A stretch of 64,000 nt of DNA from Macrostomum lignano (lineage: Eukaryota): positions 62,001-126,000 of the forward strand of contig NIVC01001075.1 in assembly GCA_002269645.1 (NCBI GenBank), given 5' to 3'. The notes under the pieces are model-generated. The model had not been told where the DNA came from. It saw only the letters and a list, made by a program, of their open reading frames with translations, and did no database searches. Position numbers and translations under genes: made by a program. Below, one piece after another: positions 11,722-22,300 of the stretch. The stretch's first letter is position 1, and each line of letters begins with the position of its first letter.

Positions 11722-12760
11722 CCCACTATCATTCACCTGACCCACTATCATTCACCTGACCCACTATCATTCACCTGACCCACTATCATTCACCTGACAC
11801 ACTATCATTCACCTGACCCACTATCATTCACCTGACCCACTATCATTCACCTGATCCACTATCATTCACCTGACCCACTATCATTCACCTGACCCACTAT
11901 CATCCACCTGACCCACTATCATTCACCTGACCCACTATCATCCACCTGACCCACTATCATTCACCTGACCCACTATCATTCACCTGACCCACTATCATTC
12001 ACCTGACCCACTATCATTCACCTGACCCACTATCATTCACCTGACCCACTATCATTCACCTGACCCACTATCATTCACCTGACCCACTATCATTCACCTG
12101 ACCCACTATCATTCACCTGACCCACTATCATTCACCTGACCCACTATCATTCACCTGACCCACTATCATTCACCTGACCCACTATCATTCACCTGACCCA
12201 CTATCATTCACCTGACCCACTATCATTCACCTGACCCACTATCATTCCCCTGACCCACTATCATTCACCTGACCCACTATCATTCACCTGACCCACTATC
12301 ATTCACCTGACCCACTATCATTCACCTGACACACTATCATTCACCTGACCCACTATCATTCACCTGATCCACTATCATTCACCTGACCCACTATCATTCA
12401 CCTGACCCACTATCATTCACCTGACACACTATCATTCACCTGACACACTATCATTCACCTGACCCACTATCATTCACCTGACCCACTATCATTCACCTGA
12501 CACACTATCATTCACCTGACCCACTATCATTCCCCTGACCCACTATCATTCACCTGACCCACTATCATTCACCTGACCCACTATCATTCACCTGACCCAC
12601 TATCATTCACCTGACACACTATCATTCACCTGACACACTATCATTCACCTGACCCACTATCATTCACCTGACCCACTATCATTCACCTGACACACTATCA
12701 TTCACCTGACCCACTATCATTCACCTGACCCACTATCATTCACCTGACACACTATCATTC
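11722..12760. repeat. 19-bp minisatellite, ~55 copies
   Basis: Unit CCCACTATCATTCACCTGA. Confidence 0.96.
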
Positions 12761-13061
12761 AACCGTCCACCTCGCCTGATAACATAAAAGCAGATTGACA
12801 GACAAATAAAAAATGGAACAGCAATTTTAAGGAGGGGTCATTTAACAAAAAATACCTTACTTTTTGAAATTCTTAACACGAGAGTTTTAATACAAAAAGG
12901 CTAGATTTCGAGTATCCACAAAGATGTCACACGCGAAAAAAAGATCAGAATAACAACTTCAATAAAAGTATGATTTTAAAAAATAAACATAGAGCACTGA
13001 GCTAAGTTACTTACATGGACACCTTCAAGTAAAGATAAAAGGGTATTTTAAACGGATATCG

Positions 13062-13322
13062 GGACAGACAGACCCTTGTTAGAACTTCAGGCTTGGGACA
13101 GACAGACCCTAGATAGGACTTCAGGCTTGGGACAGACAGACCCTAGATAGGACTTCAGGCTTGGGACAGACAGACCCTAGATAGGACTTCAGGCTTGGGA
13201 CAGACAGACCCTAGATAGGACTTCAGGCTTGGGACAGACAGACCCTAGATAGGACTTCAGGCTTGGGACAGACAGACCCTAGATAGGACTTCAGGCTTGG
13301 GACAGACAGACCCTAGGACTTC
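13062..13322. repeat. 34-bp minisatellite, ~7 copies, ~70 nt downstream of the SETDB1 stop
   Basis: Unit GGGACAGACAGACCCTAGATAGGACTTCAGGCTT. Confidence 0.93.
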
Positions 13323-13390
13323 TGGAAGCACAACTTGAAACACGAGCTTATCCCCAAAACGATCCCCAGCACAGGGTCTCCGTTACGCAA

Positions 13391-16300
13391 TCAGAGCAGC
13401 CTAACCCTACAGCTGGGTGTTGAGCAATAGCAGATGAGCTCTTTGCCTGGCACACTGCCAACCTCGTAGCTATAGTCCCAGCACAGCTCCTCGCCAGCTG
13501 AGATTCTTCTAAGAGCAAAGAAAGCCGTCTCAGGAAATCTGGGATCGTGAGTTTTAACGAATACGCTCTGCACTCGACAATTGGGCTCGCAGGAATGGTT
13601 CATGTAGCGGCCGAGATTGCCGCGCTGCTTGGCGTCCATGACGTACGGGTGCGACTCGCCGAACCAGCTGGTGCGAAGGTCCACCGGGCCCGAGGCGGAG
13701 CTGGAGTTGAAGCGAACCTGGGAAAAAGAGAGGGGAGTTGGGGTTAGACTGTCTACTTCTCACTCTCGGTAGATAAGGTGAAATCTAGATTGCAGTCTGT
13801 CCACTGTCCACTTCTCACTCTCGGTAGATAAGGTGAGATCTAGATTGCAGTCTATCTACTAGGATCTACTTCTCACTCTCGGTAGATAAGGTGAAATCTA
13901 GATTGCAGTCTGTCCACTGTCTACTTCTCACTCTCGGTAGATAAGGTGAGATCTAGATTGCAGTCTGTCCACTGTCCACTTCTCACTCTCGGTAGATAAG
14001 GTGAGATCTAGATTGCAGTCTATCTACTAGGATCTACTTCTCACTCTCGGTAGATAAGGTGAGATCTAGATTGCAGTCTATCTACTATTCACTTCTCACT
14101 CTCGGTAGATAAGGTGAGATCTAGATTGCAGTCTATCTACTATCTACTTCTCACTCTCGGTAGATAAGGTGAGATCTAGATTGCAGTCTATCTACTAGGA
14201 TCTACTTCTCACTCTCGGTAGATAAGGTGAGATCTAGATTGCAGTCTATCTACTATTCACTTCTCACTCTCGGTAGATAAGGTGAGATCTAGATTGCAGT
14301 CTATCTACTATCTACTTCTCACTCTCGGTAGATAAGGTGAGATCTAGATTGCAGTCTATCTACTTTCTACTTCTCACTCTCGGTAGATAGGTGAGATCTA
14401 CTTTAGATTGCAGTCTATCTACTATCTACTCCTCACTCTCGGTAGATAGGTGAGATCTAGATTGCAGTCTATCTACTATCTACTCCTCACTCTCGGTAGA
14501 TAAGGTGAGATCTAGATTGCAGTCTATCCACTGTCCACTTCTCACTCTCGGTAGATAAGGTGAGATCTAGATTGCAGTCTATCCACTGTCCACTTCTCAC
14601 TCTCGGTAGATAAGGTGAGATCTAGATTGCAGTCTATCTACTAGGATCTACTTCTCACTCTCGGTAGATAAGGTGAGATCTAGATTGCAGTCTATCCACT
14701 GTCCACTTCTCACTCTCGGTAGATAAGGTGAGATCTAGATTGCAGTCTATCTACTATTCACTTCTCACTCTCGGTAGATAAGGTGAGATCTAGATTGCAG
14801 TCTATCTACTATCTACTTCTCACTCTCGGTAGATAGGTGAGATCTAGATTGCAGTCTATCTACTATCTACTTCTCACTCTCGGTAGATAAGGTGAGATCT
14901 AGATTGCAGTCTATCCACTGTCCACTTCTCACTCTCGGTAGATAAGGTGAGATCTAGATTGCAGTCTATCTACTAGGATCTACTTCTCACTCTCGGTAGA
15001 TAAGGTGAGATCTAGATTGCAGTCTATCTACTATTCACTTCTCACTCTCGGTAGATAAGGTGAGATCTAGATTGCAGTCTATCTACTATCTACTTCTCAC
15101 TCTCGGTAGATAAGGTGAGATCTAGATTGCAGTCTATCTACTATCTACTTCTCACTCTCGGTAGATAGGTGAGATCTACTTTAGATTGCAGTCTATCTAC
15201 TATCTACTCCTCACTCTCGGTAGATAGGTGAGATCTAGATTGCAGTCTATCTACTATCTACTCCTCACTCTCGGTAGATAAGGTGAGATCTAGATTGCAG
15301 TCTATCTACTATTCACTTCTCACTCTCGGTAGATAAGTTGAGATCTAGATTGCAGTCTATCTACTATCTACTTCTCACTCTCGGTAGATAAGGTGAGATC
15401 TAGATTGCAGTCTATCTACTATCTACTCCTCACTCTCGGTAGATAAGGTGAGATCTAGATTGCAGTCTGTCCACTGTCCACTTCTCACTCTCGGTAGATA
15501 AGTTGAGATCTAGATTGCAGTCTATCTACTATTCACTTCTCACTCTCGGTAGATAAGGTGAGATCTAGATTGCAGTCTATCTACTATCTACTTCTCACTC
15601 TCGGTAGATAAGGTGAGATCTAGATTGCAGTCTATCTACTATCTACTTCTCACTCTCGGTAGATAAGGTGAGATCTAGATTGCAGTCTATCCACTGTCCA
15701 CTTCTCACTCTCGGTAGATAAGGTGAGATCTAGATTGCAGTCTATCTACTAGGATCTACTTCTCACTCTCGGTAGATAAGGTGAGATCTAGATTGCAGTC
15801 TGTCCACTGTCCACTTCTCACTCTCGGTAGATAAGGTGAGATCTAGATTGCAGTCTGTCTACTTTTCTTATAGGATAGCTATACTATCCTACTGCCAGTA
15901 GCAAGCAGGCACAAGACACCACACTTACCCGATCCTCCGGTTCTCGGGCGAATCGCTCGAAGCCCTCCTTCTCCATCTGCATGATCTCGATGAGGTCCAG
16001 CTCGGCCTGTTATTCGTCCCCCAGTTCGGTGCCGTAGCGCACGGCCGTCTCCTCGTTGTAGACTTCGCCAGCGTAAATGCAAATGAAAGCGCCTTTGGGA
16101 ATGTCGTGCAGAGTGCGGATGCCCCAGCCTTTGCGGGCGGTGCGAAATACCTGAGGCGAAATAAATTCATATTGTTTGCAAACAATACTTATTATTATAA
16201 AGCATGAATAAGATCGGAACGTTTCTAGGTAATTAATCAAATAAACCTCGGATAGCAACGGGGAATTGACCTCGAGTAGCATAGCAACGGGACAATAAAT

Positions 16301-19300
16301 CTCAAGTATCATAGCAACGGGACAATAAATCTCAAGTATCATAGCAACGGGACAAAAAATCTCAGGTAGCATAGCAACGGGACAAAAAATCTCAGGTAGC
16401 ATAGCAACGGGACAAAAAATCTCAGGTAGCATAGCAACGGGACAAAAAAGCTCAGGTAGCATAGCAACGGCACAATAAATCTCAGGTAGCATAGCAACGG
16501 GACAATAAATCTCAGGTAGCATAGCAACGGGACAAAAAGCTCAGGTAGCATAGCAACGGGACAATAAATCTCAAGTATCATAGCAACGGGACAAAAAATT
16601 TCAGGTAGCATAGCAACTGGACAATAAATCTCGGGTAGTATAGCAACGGGACAAAAAAGCTCAGGTAGCATAGCAACGGGACAAAAAAGCTCAGGTAGCA
16701 TAGCAACGGGACAATAAATCTCAGGTAGCATAGCAATGGGACAATAAAACTCAGGTAGCATAGCAATGGGACAATAAAGCTTAGGTAGCATAGCAATGGG
16801 ACAATAAAACTCAGGTAGCATAGCAATGGGACAATAAAGCTTAGGTAGCATAGCAACGGGACAATAAAACTCAGGTAGCATAGCAATGGGACAATAAAGC
16901 TTAGGTAGCATAGCAACGGGGAAATCTGTTTTCATAGCTCGAAGAAATCTCAGTCTCCATAGAAACGGGGAATATGTCTCCATAGCAACGGAAGAATCTG
17001 TCGCCATAGCAACAAGGAAATCTTATTCTCCATAGAAATGCGGAAATCACTGCCAGCATAGCAGCAGGGAAATCTCAGTCTCCAAAGCGACAAGAAGATC
17101 TCAGTCTCCATAGCGACAAGAAGATCTTAGTCTCCATAGCGACAAGAAGATCTCATTCTCTACAGCAACAGGGAAATCTCAGTCTCCATAGCAACGGGGG
17201 AAGTCATTCCGCATAGCAACAGGGAAATCTAATTCGCCATAGCAACAGGGAAATCTCAGTCTCCATAGCAACGGGGAAGTCATTTCGCATAGCAACAGGG
17301 AAATCTAAGTCTCCATAGCAACAGGGAAATCTGTCTCCATAGCAACGGGGGGGAGTCAGTCCGCATAGCAATGGGGAATCTTTGTTTCCATAGCAACAGT
17401 AAAAAGCCAGCATAGCAACGGAGTCAAGAAGAACAAACCCAAACAGAACTCACCTGCAGCCGATTGCGCAATCCGTGCTGCACAACCCGATTGCGGCAGG
17501 TGGCCGCCCGGCACCGGCACTTGGCATTGCACTCGTAGATGCCGCCAAGCGCCCTGGCCATGTGCCGGCCGTGACGATAAGTGACTCGAATATCAGCTTT
17601 GCCAGTGATCGCCTGCGACGATCGAATAGTGAGCTGCTGACAGGCGCAACGACGCCTATCCGAGCAGTCGTCTGTGCAGTCGCAGCAGACCAGGAAGCCC
17701 GGCTCGGATTCGTTAGTGTTAACGCCCTGAGTAGGGACTCGCTCGGCCGCGTATTCAATGTAGGGCAGGCTGGTGTTGTCCAGGCTGTTCACCGCGCTGA
17801 CTGGCACGGGCTCTTTGCCGTAGCTGATGTCCTTCAGCTGGTAGATTATCTGCAAATTTAAAGGTGAGGCGACTAATTAGGTACCGAGGATACTGTCAAT
17901 TAATGGAGGGCCCTATAAGTAGCTACTTTATTGGCCCTATAAATAGCTAATTAATTGGTCCTATAAATAGCTAATTAATTGGCCCTATAAACAGCTACTA
18001 AATTGGCCCTATAAACAGCAACTTAATTGGTCCTGTAAACGGCTACTTTATTGCCCTATAAACAGCTACTTAATTGGCCCCATAAACAGCTGCTTAATTG
18101 GCACTAAGTAGGCCTTCAGAAGGAACCACAATAGAGTCAACCAACCTTGAGCGGCTGGAATTCGTTGTTAATCCGAACGGCGGCATCGAAGCAGAAGGCG
18201 GACACGTGCAGCCGGCAGCAGGTCTCTCTCAGGTAGGCGTCCAAATCGGCGTGGCTGCGCAAGCTTCGGCCGCAGGGAGCCCGGTACTCCACCACTTCCC
18301 GGCCGCGCCCGGCCGGCCCTCCGCCGCCGCCGCCGCCGCCGCCAACTCCGCCGTCGTCATCGGCGGCCAGCACCAGCAGTCGCCACCAGCCAAGCGCTAC
18401 GGGCGCCTCCAACGGATTCCGACCCCTAGCAGCGGCGTCATCGAAGGCAACAGCGCTGGACAGGCCGCCGGCAGGGTCCGGGCAGCAGCTGGGCGAGCAG
18501 CGATGCGGCCGGTACAGCATCGGCTGCGGGCACGGCGACTCGGGATCGAATGTGGCCACCTGACGGCCTCTGTAGGCCGCGTCCTGGGCTACGCTGTCGT
18601 CGTCGGAGTCGCCGTTTTCGCGTCGACGGCGACGCCGGCCAGTCGAACCGATGTACACAAAATCGTCATCGTCCTCGGCAGCGTTGGCCGTCGATTTTGA
18701 CGAGGCCAATCGACTAGCGGAAGTGGACTTCCTAGCGTGCCCGACTCGAGCTTGCGAGGCCACAACCGCTGCAGACACCTGCACTTGGACTGGCTTCTGC
18801 TTTGGCTGCTGCTGTTGCTGCTTTGGCGGCCCGTACAACCTGTCGTAGAGCGTCTTGAGCCGCGTGCTGCCGCGGTACACCTTCAAGTTAATGGATGATT
18901 GGGCGGGCCTAAGTAAGCTGTAGAGCTGCGTCAGAGAAGAGTAACAAAGGACAGTACGGGGAATTTGAGGAGCGACAAGATGGACAAGAAGGAATCCAAG
19001 GAGCGACAAGGAAGAAACAGGAAGGGGACCTGAGGAGTGACAAGACAGACAGGAAAGGATCTGAGGAGTGACAAGGAAGAGACAGGAAGGGGATCTGAAA
19101 GTGACAAGATAGACAGAAAGGGGATCTGAGGAGTGACAAGACTGACAGGAAGGGACCTAAGGAGTGACAAGATAGACAGGAAGGAGATCCGAGGAGTGAC
19201 AAGACAGGGCGGCAACTCACCCACTCGCACGAGCCGTCGTGCATGAATGTCAGCCGAATGAGGGCGCCGTCGACGGCTTCAACACGAGCGTTGTGCCAGC

Positions 19301-22300
19301 CGCCGCGCAGCTCGGCGACAACGGCCTGCCCGGGCTGCAGACGGAGCAGATCCCGAGTGGGATAGGCGTCCAAGTAGTCGCGAATAAAAAAGCGACTCTC
19401 CGGCCCAGCCAGCCGCCAATTGTTGACGCTCTGAGCCAGGACTCGGTGCACCGCGGCCTGCTCAGAGTACTGACAGTAGCCATCGTCGAAGAATATTAGA
19501 TAACGAAATTTATTAGCCTCGCCGGGCGATTCGGCTACGATGCCGGCGTATCGAGGCGTCTCGTCGCCGTCGGCCTCGGCGTCGGGACCTTCGTCGGCGT
19601 AGTCGGGATCGGCGACGGTCGATACCACGCGAGTGCCGACCGGGCAGCGCTCCTGACGGGTTAGACAGGAGTCGCCGAGGGCCATCTGGACTGGTTGAAC
19701 GGTGCGGCTGAGCTGCGGCTGAGGCTGCGTTGGCTGCTGGTTGGCGGCCAGCGTCGGGGCGCCGAGGAATCGAACAACGTAGGCGTCGCGCGGCAGCTCG
19801 TGGTAACGACGGCGCGGCACCATTCGTCTTGGTCGCGCAGGGCGAACACTGATTCGCCGACGTGAACTTTGCTGCGGAAAATAGGCGGATTGCGGTAGTT
19901 GCTATGGGGAATGGTGACAGTTGCTATGGAGAGTGGTGACAGTTGTTATGGGGTGGTGACAGTTGTTATGGGGAATGGTGACAGTTGCTATGGAGAGTGG
20001 TGACAGTTGCTATGGGAAATGGCGACAGTTGCTATGGGAAATGGCGACAGTTGCTATGGGGAATGGCGACAGTTCCTATGGGGAATGGTGATAGTTGCTT
20101 TGGGGAGTTGTGACAGTTGCTATGGGGAGTTGTGACAGTTGCTTTGGGGAGTTGTGACAGTTGCTATGGGGAGTTGTGACAGTTGCTATGGGAAGTGGTG
20201 ACAGTTGCTATGGGGAGTTGTGACAGTTGCTATGGGGAGTTGTGACAGTTGCTTTGGGGAGTTGTGACAGTTGCTATGGGGAGTTGTGACAGTTGCTTTG
20301 GGGAGTTGTGACAGTTGCTATGGGGAGTTGTGACAGTTGCTATGGGGAGTTGTGACAGTTGCTTTGGGTAGTTGTTACAGTTGCTTTGGGGAGTTGTGAC
20401 AGTTGCTATGGGGAGTTGTGACAGTTGCTATGGGGAGTTGTGACAGTTGCTATGGGAGTTGTGACAGTTGCTATGGGGAGTTGTGACAGTTGCTATGGGG
20501 AGTTGTGACAGTTGCTATGGGAGTTGTGACAGTTGCTATGGGGAGTTGTGACAGTTGCTATGGGGAATGGCGACAGTTGCTATGGGGAATGGCGACAGTT
20601 GCTATGGAGAATGGCGACAGTTGCTATATAACGACTTACTAAGGTTTCTCCAACAGATCTGTAGTAATAAGATTTTTGAGATTTTCCGCGGTCAGCAGTT
20701 TAACCGGCGCCGTTAGCACCACTCGCCGTCCGACACCAGCAGCTCCGCCAGATGCAACCGTCGACGAAGCTGCCTCGCCGTTGTCCAATCGGCGAACTTT
20801 ACTCGCCGGCGGGATGGACACCCCCGCGGCAGTTGGCTCCGCTCTAGTAGTCGCCGAATCATCAGCAACGGATGTCGGCGGAGGCGGAGGCAGAATCGGC
20901 GCCGGCGCCGGCGGCCCGTCGACAATCAAAACGTCGGCGTCGGAATCGTCCGAATCGATGTCGAGAGTCAGCGTGTCGCCAACCAGACCGTCGCCTTGTC
21001 CCTCTCTACGACGCTGATGCGACTTTGTCGGATCGTCGATAATAACGACATCGTCGTCGCTGTCTTTGTCGCTGTCGCTGAGCTCAATGACGGTGACCTG
21101 AGCTCGGAGACTGGGAAAGGGATATACAGATTTCGGGGGTCATTGGTTTTGGGATTTGGAATCATTAACCTTTGAATTTCGGCGTCAGTGTTTTGGGATT
21201 TAGGGATCAGTAATGTTGGGATTTAGGGATCATTAATGTTGGGATTTAGGGATCAGTAATGTTGGGATTTAGGGATCAGTAATGTTGGGATTTAGGGATC
21301 ATTAATGTTGGGATTTAGGGATCATTAATGTTGGGATTTAGGGATCATTAATGTTGGGATTTAGGGATCATTAATGTTGGGATTTAGGGATCAGTAATAT
21401 TGGGATTTAGGGATGATTAATTTTTTGATTAGGAACAGTAATGTTGGGATTTAGGGATGAGTTATGTTGGGATTACGCGATCAGTAATGTTGGGATTTAG
21501 GGATTATTATTACTTTTGGGATTAGGATAAGTAATGTTGGGATTTAGGGGATCCGTAATGTTTGGATTTCGGGATTAGTGGTTTTGGGATTTAGGGATCA
21601 GTAATTTTGTGATTTCGGGATCTAGGGAACATATGTTTCAGGTACAATAAATTCTGGGATCTTGACTTTGGTTGCCATAAACTTTGGATCATGAATATTG
21701 GACAGATAAAAGCAGAACTCACCCAGCCTCCAGCTCGTTAAACTTTATAGTCCTTGCTCGCAGTTCGGCGTCCATGGCCTGAACTGAACTGTTCACTTCG
21801 CCGAATTTTTCTGCGCAAAGTAAAGGCCCAGATTGATTATTAACAGCATAAAATATTAAAGCACAAAAATATTAACTCAGTAAATTAATTTCAACTCACC
21901 CCCAGCGACTTTTAACCGCCTAATGACATCTTGATAAAAGGTGCACTTAGTCAATTCTCTGTTTAGCCCTTCGTCGACTCGAAGATATTGGAATAGAAAT
22001 CTGTTTACAATCGCATCGATGGGGTCGCTGAAACTCGAGTTGTTGTTGCTCTGGGCTGGTCAATTAAAGAATTGGGAGGGGCCACGTTAGCGGTATTGCC
22101 TTACAAAGTTTTTAACAGGAAAGCATACGAGATGAGATGGGATGGGATTAGGTCATTGGTGGGATAGTTGGGATAGAATGGGATTTGGTCATTGGTGGGA
22201 TAGTTGGGATAGAATGGGATTTGGTCATTGGTGGGATAGTTGGGATAAAATGGGATTAGGTCATTGGTGGGATAGTTGGGATAGAATGGGATTTGGTCAT

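Noticed and set aside
21170-21620. Interstitial telomere (TTAGGG / TTTAGGG)
   Set aside because: Only one hexamer per 23-bp unit, never tandem.
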